Below, piece after piece: positions 24,886 to 33,857 of a DNA stretch of 64,000 nt. The notes beneath the pieces were generated by a model, which saw only the letters and a list, made by a program, of their open reading frames with translations, ran no database searches and was not told the origin of the DNA. Each line of letters begins with the position of its first letter. The first letter of the stretch is position 1. The position numbers and the translations under genes were made by a program. The DNA comes from Bacteroidota bacterium (GTDB lineage: Bacteria > Bacteroidota > Bacteroidia > Chitinophagales > Chitinophagaceae): NCBI GenBank assembly GCA_013285915.1, contig JABDGS010000001.1, positions 24,394 through 88,393 of the forward strand, read 5' to 3'.

Positions 24886-27600
24886 ATGCAATCTTTTATA
24901 AAAGCTATCTTTTACGCTCTTCTTATTTTAACCATGGCCAATACAAATGCCCAAAAAACATATAATATACTAACTGTACCAGGTAAAGATTCTTATACCC
25001 ATATTGATCTGAAAAATCACACAAGTGTTTTACCAAGCGGCCGTATGGCAACACCTGCTGGCGAAACCATACAAATAACGCACGACCCTTTTGGAATGGC
25101 TGTTTCGCCCGATGGCGTCACTACCATTACGCTTCATAATGGCGTATTCACCATAATTAAAAATTCGACGTTGCAAAACACGCGCGTACCAAGCTATAAT
25201 GACAAAATTCCTTCGCCATTGTCCAGCGGGAGTTTTTTGGGGGTGGCCTTTGCGCGGGACAGTAAAACAGTGTACCTGAGTGGTGGTGATAATGGGGCCG
25301 TGATTGTGTATGATATTGAAAACATGAAACGTCTTGACTCTATTTCACTAAACGGCAAAGTGGATACCACGGATTTTGAAGATAGTTTTACCTCAGACCT
25401 GGTGCTGAATGACGACAACCATGAGCTGCTGGTGCTTGACAGGGCAAACTATCGTATGGTTAGGATTGATATTAACACCAAAAAAATAACAGCGTCGATA
25501 CCCACGGGCAGGTTGCCTTTTGGTTTGGCGCTTAGTCCCGACCATTCCATTGCTTTTGTTGCCAATGTGGGCATGTACAGTTATCCTGTAATAACCGGTG
25601 CAACGCCGCAGAATTACGACAGTATGATGATACCTTTTCATCCATACGGTGACAACACGCCACAATCAATAAACGGCTATATGTGGCAGGGCAGAAAAAT
25701 ACCCGGTGTGGGTAGCCCGCTTGCAAAAGAAGCGATGAGTGTTTACACCATTGATTTAAAGACCAACACTGTAATTGATAAATATAAACCCGGCCACCAG
25801 ATCGGCCAGATGGTTGAGAGCGCTGAGGTGGTTGGCGGCGCAAGCCCAAACTCAATAACAGTGGGCAGCCGCTACGCGTATGTAAGTAATGCAACCAACG
25901 ACAATATATCTATTATTGATTATCGTAACCATAAAATTATTGGCCATATACCGGTAAGGGTTGATAGCCTTATTGACCATTACCGCGGCCTGCTGCCATT
26001 TGGCATTACCCTGAGCAAAGATGAAAAAACGCTGTACGTAACCCTGCTTGGTTTTAACGCGGTTGCGGTTATTGATGTTGCAACGCACACAACAAAGGGG
26101 CTTATACCAACAGGCTGGGGCCCTGCGAGGGTACAGCTTAGCAGTGATGAAAAAGAAATGTATGTAATTACGTGCCGGGGCTATGGCGCCGGGCCAAATG
26201 GGGGCTACCATTTTATTGTTCCGGTGCAGGGCACATATATTGGTGATATTCAGTTAGGTACCTTTCAGAAAATTGCGATGCCCAATGCTGAACAATTAGT
26301 CACTTATACAAAACAATGTATAGCCAACACCTTTGTAAAACAGGCTGTCGAGGATGATGGCAAAAACCCGTTGCCACCTGCCCCTGGTATAAGGCAAAGC
26401 CCGATAAAATATATAGTGTATATAACAAAGGAAAACAGGAGCTATGATGAAGTGCTGGGACAATTACCAACGGGTATTGGCGATTCAACCATTGCAAGGT
26501 TTGGTGTTGGTGTAGATATTCATTATAAAGATAAAACGCTGGTGAAAGTAAATGTGGCGCCAAACCACCTAAAAGTTGCCAAACAATTTGCATTTGACGA
26601 CAACTTTTACTGCGACAGCGATGCTTCTATACACGGCCACCACTGGATGATGGGTGTTATACCAAACGAATGGGTGGAAACAAACTCAAGCGCTGATGCA
26701 ACATCCATGATATTTTCAAAAGCGCCCGGCAGAAGACAACCCGGCTCAACAGGCAGTATGGACCCGGAAGACTATGGAGAGCGGGGTGGATTGTGGGAAG
26801 CGCTTGACCGAAGCCATGTGTCATTCTACAATTTTGGAGAGGCCAACGAAACTGCACACGTGCGCGAAGAATGGCTTGATACCGCAACGGGCGCTGCACA
26901 TGGTGTTATGGTACCGATGCAAAAGGCTTTATGGCCAAAGACGAGCCACGACTATGCTGGTTTTAATACCAATATACCAGACCAGTTCAGGATGGAGCAA
27001 TTTGAAAGGGAGTTTACAAAAAAATGGCTTACCGGTAAGGAGAAGATGCCCCAGTTAATAACTATGCAGGTACCAAACGACCACACTGCAAGCCCAAGAC
27101 CAGAAGACGGCTATCCTTACTACCACAGTTACGTAGCAGATAACGACCTGGCTGTTGGCAGGATATTGCATTTTCTGTCGCGAACACCATACTGGAAAAA
27201 TATGCTGGTAATAATTACCGAGGACGACCCGCAGGGCGGTGTAGACCATATTGACGCTCACCGGAGCGTTTTGATGATGGCAGGCCCTTATGTTAAACAT
27301 GGGTATACCAGCCACACGCATGCAAACTTTGGTGCTATTTTAAAAACGATCTATAACATACTCAACGTGCCTTACGTAAACCAGTATGATGCTACCGGCA
27401 CGCTGCTACAGGATTTTTTTACTGATAAACCCGACTTTACACAATACAACCTTGTGTTTCCTTCCAAATCAGTTTTTGATCCCCAGCAGGCAATGAAACG
27501 GTATAACCGCAACATTGACTGGCGTAAAGTGCTGCAGGGCGCTGACATGGATGATGAGGATGATATACGAAAAACCCACTATGAAAAAAACGGGGAATAG
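24886..27600 (+). CDS. Secreted fusion protein: YncE-like beta-propeller plus phosphoesterase (phospholipase C/AcpA-type, alkaline-phosphatase superfamily) domain
   Basis: 904 aa with signal peptide MQSFIKAIFYALLILTMANTNAQ. The N-terminal half has repeated propeller-blade-like segments (SPDG.., VYLSGGDNGAVIVYD, LYVTLLGFNAVAVID). The C-terminal half starts IKYIVYITKENRSYDEVLGQL, typical of the phosphoesterase family. Confidence 0.75.
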   Translation: MQSFIKAIFYALLILTMANTNAQKTYNILTVPGKDSYTHIDLKNHTSVLPSGRMATPAGETIQITHDPFGMAVSPDGVTTITLHNGVFTIIKNSTLQNTRVPSYNDKIPSPLSSGSFLGVAFARDSKTVYLSGGDNGAVIVYDIENMKRLDSISLNGKVDTTDFEDSFTSDLVLNDDNHELLVLDRANYRMVRIDINTKKITASIPTGRLPFGLALSPDHSIAFVANVGMYSYPVITGATPQNYDSMMIPFHPYGDNTPQSINGYMWQGRKIPGVGSPLAKEAMSVYTIDLKTNTVIDKYKPGHQIGQMVESAEVVGGASPNSITVGSRYAYVSNATNDNISIIDYRNHKIIGHIPVRVDSLIDHYRGLLPFGITLSKDEKTLYVTLLGFNAVAVIDVATHTTKGLIPTGWGPARVQLSSDEKEMYVITCRGYGAGPNGGYHFIVPVQGTYIGDIQLGTFQKIAMPNAEQLVTYTKQCIANTFVKQAVEDDGKNPLPPAPGIRQSPIKYIVYITKENRSYDEVLGQLPTGIGDSTIARFGVGVDIHYKDKTLVKVNVAPNHLKVAKQFAFDDNFYCDSDASIHGHHWMMGVIPNEWVETNSSADATSMIFSKAPGRRQPGSTGSMDPEDYGERGGLWEALDRSHVSFYNFGEANETAHVREEWLDTATGAAHGVMVPMQKALWPKTSHDYAGFNTNIPDQFRMEQFEREFTKKWLTGKEKMPQLITMQVPNDHTASPRPEDGYPYYHSYVADNDLAVGRILHFLSRTPYWKNMLVIITEDDPQGGVDHIDAHRSVLMMAGPYVKHGYTSHTHANFGAILKTIYNILNVPYVNQYDATGTLLQDFFTDKPDFTQYNLVFPSKSVFDPQQAMKRYNRNIDWRKVLQGADMDDEDDIRKTHYEKNGE

Positions 27601-27699
27601 CTTAAACAACATTGCAATAGCATATTGAGGCCGTTGGATGTTTAATGATCCTGCTTTCCAAATTTTTCCGTACGTTTGAAAAATTTGTAACCGGCCAGG

Positions 27700-28695
27700 A
27701 TGAGCGTAATAACCTATATAAACATAGCGCGAAGGGTTTATAAAGAGATACAAACACAAAAGCAATTTAATAAAGATTTTCTAATTCCGTATCTTGACGA
27801 ACTGGAACAGCGGCACCATGGAACATTTCAGCCCGAACAACGTGGTAAAATTTTAAAATACTACGGGCTTTTTATTACATCATTTTTATGCAGCAGCTAT
27901 AAAAAATTGTATGGTGAAAAATTAACTGCTGAGGAGCGTAAACGGGCTACATTATTTGGTATTTTAACGCCCGTTGGCGATGATCTGTTTGATATTGATA
28001 AACTGCCTCTTGCTGATATTCATACCATAACTTTTACACCACAACAATATAATGCCACCACTTTTTCAGCAGGGGTAGCTAAGGAAATTCAAACCTACCT
28101 GCTTGAGCATGTTCCGCATAAAAAAGAATATATTGAAGCAAGCAAAAATGTGCTGGAAATTCAGGCGGAGACCATAAAGCAAACAAAGCCATCCATTACA
28201 AAAGCGGAAATGGAGCGCATTACCCATACCAAGGGCGCGGTGTCAGTTATTATCTATCACCAATGCCTTGATGTGGCCGCATCGCTGCATATGCTTGATG
28301 TGCTATTTTATGTGGGCAGCCTGTACCAGCTTGGCAATGATATTTTTGACCTCTATAAAGATGTTCGCGATAATATTTACACCCTTGTAAATACCTGCGA
28401 TGATTTTTTGGCTTTCAGAAAAATGTTTATTGAAAGAGTTAAGGCGCAAAACAGGCGTATTATGGCGTTGCCCTACCGCGAAAAAGACAAGAAAGAGTTT
28501 TGCATTATTATGAACACTATTAATGCAAGAAGCATGGTGGCTATTGACCAGTTTTTGCGCCTGCAGAAAAAGATGGGCAACAAAAAAATTAATTGGTGGC
28601 AACTTGAACGAAAGGATATGATCGTTGATATGGAGAAGAAAATAAACCTGCTGCGCTGGCTGAAATACGTAAGGATGCTGCCAAAATGGACGTGA
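27700..28695 (+). CDS. Class 1 isoprenoid biosynthesis enzyme-like protein (terpene synthase / squalene-phytoene synthase-like fold, putative)
   Basis: 331 aa, no signal peptide. DDLFD at aa 94-98 (nt 27979..27993). LGNDIFDLYKDVRD at aa 211-224 (NDIFDLYKD = nt 28336..28362). Size and motif spacing match bacterial class I terpene synthases. Confidence 0.5.
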   Translation: MSVITYINIARRVYKEIQTQKQFNKDFLIPYLDELEQRHHGTFQPEQRGKILKYYGLFITSFLCSSYKKLYGEKLTAEERKRATLFGILTPVGDDLFDIDKLPLADIHTITFTPQQYNATTFSAGVAKEIQTYLLEHVPHKKEYIEASKNVLEIQAETIKQTKPSITKAEMERITHTKGAVSVIIYHQCLDVAASLHMLDVLFYVGSLYQLGNDIFDLYKDVRDNIYTLVNTCDDFLAFRKMFIERVKAQNRRIMALPYREKDKKEFCIIMNTINARSMVAIDQFLRLQKKMGNKKINWWQLERKDMIVDMEKKINLLRWLKYVRMLPKWT

Positions 28696-28773
28696 GTTAG
28701 GTTTCGCACAAAGCCCGAAATTTCGGGCGCAAAGATGCGAAGATGAATAGAGTATTTATAATTTAAGTAAAGC

Positions 28774-29976
28774 ATGCGCATTTTTGGTTTCATATTATTT
28801 TTATTTATTGGCCTAAACTGTTTGTGTGCGCAGCAAACAGATTCCTACATCATACACACCCTTTTAAAACAAATAGACAGCGCACAATACAAACAAAACG
28901 ATGGTGAGTTTTATACGGGCATGTTTAAAGGCTATCGAGCCTGCGGTGGTGGCCCGCATAATTACCAGCCCGACAATAATATTTTTTTTACAGCGGTAAC
29001 TGCTTTTGGTCTGCGCAATATTATTCCGCACCTGGATGGTGAGGATAAATTACTTGCAGAGGCAGTTTATAAACGTGCATCAGCATCGTATCCTTTGTTT
29101 AAAAACAGGTATGGTAACCCCTATTATGGTTTTTGGGCCACCAACGATATAATTATGCCGCACACCTTCATCTTTCAATATCTTAAACAGGTATTTGGTC
29201 AGGGTGAGGACGCAGATGATACCGTTATGATATTGCTAAGCAGTGATACCGATGACAGCACCTGCAACGTGTTAAAAAAGCACATGATTGCATTAAGTAA
29301 TATAACCAAAGGCAAACGCATTATTTCGACCTGCAAAAAATACACTGATATACCCGCATACAGCACGTGGCTGGGCGACCGCATGAGCGTTGATTTTGAT
29401 TTTGCCGTGCACTGCAACATCATGTATTTTATGCTTGATAAAAAGCTTCCCTTTGTTAAACAGGACAGTGCCACATTGCACCTGTTGGCTGAAATGGTTA
29501 AGAACCGGGATTATATGAGCAACCCTGTTTTTTTATCACCATATTATGTGCATTCATCAATATTGCTGTACCATTTAACCAGATTGATGGGGGCTTTTTC
29601 TATTCCTGAACTCGAGATATACAAACGCCAGTTAATAGCCGATATACATTACCTGTTAACCACCTGCAACAATGTAATGGATCAAATAATTTTGCGTACT
29701 TCTTTATTGCGGCTTGGCGCCAAAGCCCCTGAACTTGATCTGCACAGCCTGCAGGAATTTGAGGCCAGCAACCAAAACAGTTTTGTTTTCTTCCAGGCAA
29801 GGGCAGCATTTCCATACCCAACACCTTTAAAAAAGATATTCCTTAACTGGAGCTATATTTATTATTACTTCTACTGCCCAACCTATAATAAAATGCTGTG
29901 GCTGGAGTATTTGGTGGAGAAGAACCTCATCCCCGGCCCTTCTCCACGGGTGGAGAAGGGTGCCCCGCCGTCATAA
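28774..29976 (+). CDS. Hypothetical helical-repeat protein with DxDDT motif and N-terminal signal/anchor
   Basis: 400 aa. The N-terminus is MRIFGFILFLFIGLNCLCAQQ. GEDADDTVMILL is at aa 144-155 (DADDT = nt 29209..29223). The last ~15 codons read into a palindromic repeat, so the true C-terminus may be slightly artefactual. Confidence 0.5.
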   Translation: MRIFGFILFLFIGLNCLCAQQTDSYIIHTLLKQIDSAQYKQNDGEFYTGMFKGYRACGGGPHNYQPDNNIFFTAVTAFGLRNIIPHLDGEDKLLAEAVYKRASASYPLFKNRYGNPYYGFWATNDIIMPHTFIFQYLKQVFGQGEDADDTVMILLSSDTDDSTCNVLKKHMIALSNITKGKRIISTCKKYTDIPAYSTWLGDRMSVDFDFAVHCNIMYFMLDKKLPFVKQDSATLHLLAEMVKNRDYMSNPVFLSPYYVHSSILLYHLTRLMGAFSIPELEIYKRQLIADIHYLLTTCNNVMDQIILRTSLLRLGAKAPELDLHSLQEFEASNQNSFVFFQARAAFPYPTPLKKIFLNWSYIYYYFYCPTYNKMLWLEYLVEKNLIPGPSPRVEKGAPPS

Positions 29977-30346
29977 CAGGATCAATATTATATTTGGTAA
30001 TTGAATTGTTTAATGCTGACTTATTTGCATGAATTTTCCAGCGGTTAGGCTGGTTGAATAATTTTTTTGGCAACGCTATGTAATAACTTTTATACTCAGT
30101 CACATCGTTATCACATACCGCCGCTGCTAAATATATTGTGTGTAGCGTAAGGTATTCTGCGGTAGTTAAAATTTCTTTTATCAATTCATCGCCATAATAT
30201 CTTCTGCAAGTGCGGATGTCTTCAACATCGCCGCGTTCAAAAACCCTCTCAATAACTAACCTATAACTTTTGTTATAATCAAGGTTTGAAAATTTTATTC
30301 CTCTAAATATTCTTGGGTCATAAATAGGCTTTTCTTTCTTTTCCAT
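29927..30346 (-). CDS. Hypothetical protein, possibly DUF6922-like
   Basis: ORF 29927..30379; the likely start is MEKKEKPIYDP at 30346. The segment NLDYNKSYRLVIERVFERGDVEDIRTCRRYYGDELIKEIL resembles the DUF6922 pattern. The assignment is tentative. Confidence 0.4.
   Translation of the reverse strand: MEKKEKPIYDPRIFRGIKFSNLDYNKSYRLVIERVFERGDVEDIRTCRRYYGDELIKEILTTAEYLTLHTIYLAAAVCDNDVTEYKSYYIALPKKLFNQPNRWKIHANKSALNNSITKYNIDPVMTAGHPSPPVEKGRG
29946..29969. repeat. GC-rich 10-bp-stem hairpin (cccttctcca-cggg-tggagaaggg) between convergent genes
   Basis: Perfect inverted repeat seen directly. Related copies lie at 12412..12432 and 16618..16639. Confidence 0.7.
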
Positions 30347-30487
30347 ATACTTAATTTTAAAGAATAACCCTAAACTCAATCAAAGAATGAATACTTTCCT
30401 GGACACGGCAACCTACTGATCAACTTCCTCATTGCAAATCAACCAATCAACTGGTTTTTACCATTCAACCTCTCCCTTGCCAATCAA

Positions 30488-31577
30488 CTATTCGCTCTCT
30501 TTCTCCATCATCAAATAGGCTTTTATAAAGCCATCCAGCTCGCCATCCATAACAGGTTGCACGTTGCCCACCTCGTAATCTGTGCGGTGATCTTTTATCA
30601 TTTTATAAGGATGAAAAACGTAGCTGCGTATCTGGCTGCCCCACTCAATTTTTTTCTTACTGGCGTTGGTAACGTTTTTGGCTTCTTCACGCTTTCGTAG
30701 CTCCTCTTCATACAACCGGCTTTTCAGCATTTTTAAGGCAAGTTCCCGGTTTTCGCCTTGTGTACGGCTTTGCTGGCACTCTACAATAATACCTGATGGT
30801 ATATGCTTTAACCTTACTGCAGTTTCAACCTTGTTTACGTTTTGGCCGCCTTTACCACCGCTTCGGTAAAACTCCCATTCCAGTTCATCGGGCTTTACCT
30901 CTATTTCAATACTATCATCAATAAGCGGGTACACAAATACGCTGGCGAACGAGGTATGCCTGCGGGCATTGCTGTCAAATGGCGAAATACGCACTAACCG
31001 GTGCACCCCGCTTTCGGCTTTTAAAAAGCCATAAGCGAAAGGCCCGTCAAATTGCAACGTAGCCGTTTTAATACCGGCACCATCGCCTTCCTGGAAGTCG
31101 AGTTCAGTAACTTTCCAACCCTGCTTTTCACCATACATACGGTACATGCGCAACAGCATTTCGGCCCAGTCCTGGCTTTCAGTACCACCAGCACCGGGGT
31201 TTATTTGTAATACACCCGGTAATTCGTCTTCTGGCTGGTTGAGGGTGCTTTTGAATTCAGCGTCCTCAATTAGCTGCAGGGCATTATTGTAAGCCAGCCG
31301 TGTTTCTTCTTCGGTGGCGTCACCACCTTTCCAAAACTCGAACAGTACTACAAAATCATCTACAGCACTTTCAACCTGCTTATATAATTTAAGCCAGTAT
31401 TCGTGTGTTTTAATTTCCTTCATTATGCCGGTGGCGCGTTCGTTATCATCCCAAAAACCCGGCGAGAGAGAGAGTTGCCTGTCGTTATCTATTTTTTGCG
31501 TACGGTTATCAACGTCAAAGAAACCTCCTTAGAACGCTAACGCGGTCCCGTAAAACTTTAATTTGCTCTATTGTCAT
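30488..31577 (-). CDS. prfB: Peptide chain release factor 2, requires programmed +1 frameshift: join(31577..31518, 31516..30488)
   Basis: The ORF track shows only 30488..31423. Upstream, the minus strand reads ATG ACA ATA GAG CAA ATT AAA GTT TTA CGG GAC CGC GTT AGC GTT CTA AGG AGG TTT CTT TGA C. Skipping T at 31517 joins the long frame ([25 protein letters not shown]...). The protein has SPF and GGQ motifs. Confidence 0.92.
31514..31529 (-). promoter_or_regulatory. RF2 autoregulatory +1 frameshift site (AGGAGG-N3-CTT TGA C)
   Basis: The plus strand gtcaaagaaacctcct at 31514..31529 is the reverse complement of AGGAGGTTTCTTTGAC. This is the internal Shine-Dalgarno-like element plus slippery CUU UGA C. 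Confidence 0.9.
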
Positions 31578-31723
31578 GGTAATTTGAAAATTAGGTAATT
31601 TGAAAATTTGAAAATGAGAGGACTGTTCCGTTGCGTATTGCGTGTTGAATATTGATTACTGAATATTTGTATTCTTACCCTCCACAATCGCCTGCAACCG
31701 GAAACCGGCAACCTGTAACTTTC

Positions 31724-32713
31724 TCAGTACGCCCACTTGATCCACGTTGCGCCCCAGGTAAACCCACCACCAAACGCAGCGAGTATAAGATTATCACCTT
31801 TTTTTAGCTGGTTTTGCCATTCCCACAGGCAAAGCGGTATGGTGCCACTTGTGGTGTTGCCGTACTTATGAATATTTATCATCACTTTATCGGTTGATAC
31901 GCCCATGCGTTTGGCGGTAGCATCAATTATTCTAAGGTTGGCCTGGTGTGGCACCAGCCAGGCAACATCGTCGGCTGTAAGATTGTTACGCTCCATTATT
32001 TCAGCGCTTACATCGGCCATACCTACCACCGCAAACTTAAATACGGTTTTCCCTTCCTGGAAGGCATAATGCTCCTTAGCGGTAACGGTTTCAATGCTGG
32101 CTGGCTTCAATGAGCCGCCTGCCTTCATGTGCAGGTAAGGCCGGCCGCTGCCATCACTTTTTAATATGCTGTCCTGTATGCCCAAACCTTCTTCGTTTGG
32201 TTCAAGCAGAACAGCGCCGGCGCCGTCGCCAAACAATATGCAGGTGTTACGGTCAGTATAATCAATAATAGCACTCATCTTATCAACGCCCACTACAATT
32301 ACTTTTTTATAACGCCCGCTCTCAATAAAGCTTGAGCCTGTTGAAAGACCATATAAAAAACCGCTGCACGCTGCGCTAAGGTCAAAGCCCCAGGCATTGG
32401 TAGCGCCAATTTTATCGGAGATAATGTTGGCTGTGGCCGGAAAAACCATATCAGGCGTTACGGTGCAGCAAATAATGCATTCAATTTCCTTTGGGTCCAG
32501 GTTCTTTTTACGCAGTATTTCTTCAATAGCGGGTACGGCCATATCGCTGCTGCCTTTGCCTTCGCCTTTTAATATCCTTCTTTCCTCAATACCCGTCCTC
32601 GTGCGTATCCACTCATCATTTGTTTCAACCATTTTTTCCAGCTCCTTATTTGTTAATATATAGTCTGGAATATAGCCGCCCACTGCGGTAATGGCTGCTG
32701 TAATTTTACCCAT
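31724..32713 (-). CDS. fabH: Beta-ketoacyl-ACP synthase III
   Basis: 329 aa. The active-site Cys context is [13 protein letters not shown]. It also has HQANLRI and [11 protein letters not shown]. Confidence 0.92.
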   Translation of the reverse strand: MGKITAAITAVGGYIPDYILTNKELEKMVETNDEWIRTRTGIEERRILKGEGKGSSDMAVPAIEEILRKKNLDPKEIECIICCTVTPDMVFPATANIISDKIGATNAWGFDLSAACSGFLYGLSTGSSFIESGRYKKVIVVGVDKMSAIIDYTDRNTCILFGDGAGAVLLEPNEEGLGIQDSILKSDGSGRPYLHMKAGGSLKPASIETVTAKEHYAFQEGKTVFKFAVVGMADVSAEIMERNNLTADDVAWLVPHQANLRIIDATAKRMGVSTDKVMINIHKYGNTTSGTIPLCLWEWQNQLKKGDNLILAAFGGGFTWGATWIKWAY

Positions 32714-33236
32714 CTGTTGTATTTAAGTGGGCAAAAATAGGTTGAAAATCATAAAACATACTACAAAACCATTATGCCCGCACAATAACGTGTTGCCGTT
32801 GTGCATAAAGGCGTGTTAGCATATTTATGCATAATTTTCATGCGTTCGCCAAATCCCCGGGTATATTTCGTCCCGTACCTTTTTCGCCGGTATTGGACAA
32901 ATCGCGGAGGAAAAAGGGAGGAAAAAGGAGGAATGCAAAAATGCACAACTTTTTGATTATCATTTAATTAGAAAAATATTACACTAAATTATAAAAAAAT
33001 AACATGTCTTAGTTACCCCGGTTACCCTGCCAGCCCTTTTTGCCTTCTACCCATGCTAAAAAAACATTTACAACCCGCTACTACTATATATAAAAAACAC
33101 TGTTTTGTCCGCTAAAAAAGTGATTAAATTTTTTCACCTGCCATTACCGTTTAACTAAATCGCCGCTCCTTCAAATAAATCATCTGCAATTCCTTCTTTA
33201 TTTGCCTGAAAACCATATTTTTGGCTAACGGCAGTT

Positions 33237-33818
33237 ATGATAGCATTTGTAAGAGGTAATTTTGTACGCAAGTCGCCTGCACAGGTTATAGTAGATGTTA
33301 ACGGGGTTGGATATGAGCTGCAGATAAGCCTTAACACTTATTCGCATATAAGCAACAGTGCCACCGGGCAATTGCTTACTTACCTGCACATAACCGAAAA
33401 TGCCCAAACACTGTTTGGTTTTTTTGAACAGGAGGAAAAAGACCTGTTTTTACAGCTTATCAGTGTTTCGGGTGTTGGCGCCGCCACGGCACGCATGATG
33501 CTGTCGGGAATGAAGCCGGACGAAATTGTAAAAGCCATCCTGCAGGGCAACGCCAAACTGCTTGAAAGTATAAAAGGCATTGGCCGTAAAACAGCAGAGC
33601 GCCTTATACTTGAACTGAAAGATAAAGTGGGAAAGATAGGTGGCAGCGGCAATATACCTTCGGGTGGTGCGTTTGTAACGCCCGAGCAGGATGCGGTAAA
33701 CGCGCTAATGGCATTGGGCATTGCGAAACCGGTTGCTGAAGCAGCTATAAAAAAAGTACAAAAAACAGATAATATTACCCTGGAGGAATTAATTAAAACA
33801 GCACTCAAAAACCTATAG
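33237..33818 (+). CDS. ruvA: Holliday junction branch migration protein RuvA
   Basis: 193 aa. It reads MIAFVRGNFVRKSPAQVIVDVNGVGYELQISLNTY...LISVSGVGAATARMMLSG. Confidence 0.92.
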   Translation: MIAFVRGNFVRKSPAQVIVDVNGVGYELQISLNTYSHISNSATGQLLTYLHITENAQTLFGFFEQEEKDLFLQLISVSGVGAATARMMLSGMKPDEIVKAILQGNAKLLESIKGIGRKTAERLILELKDKVGKIGGSGNIPSGGAFVTPEQDAVNALMALGIAKPVAEAAIKKVQKTDNITLEELIKTALKNL

Positions 33819-33857
33819 CTATCGACGTAACCTTTACTTAACCATTGCTAACGTAAA

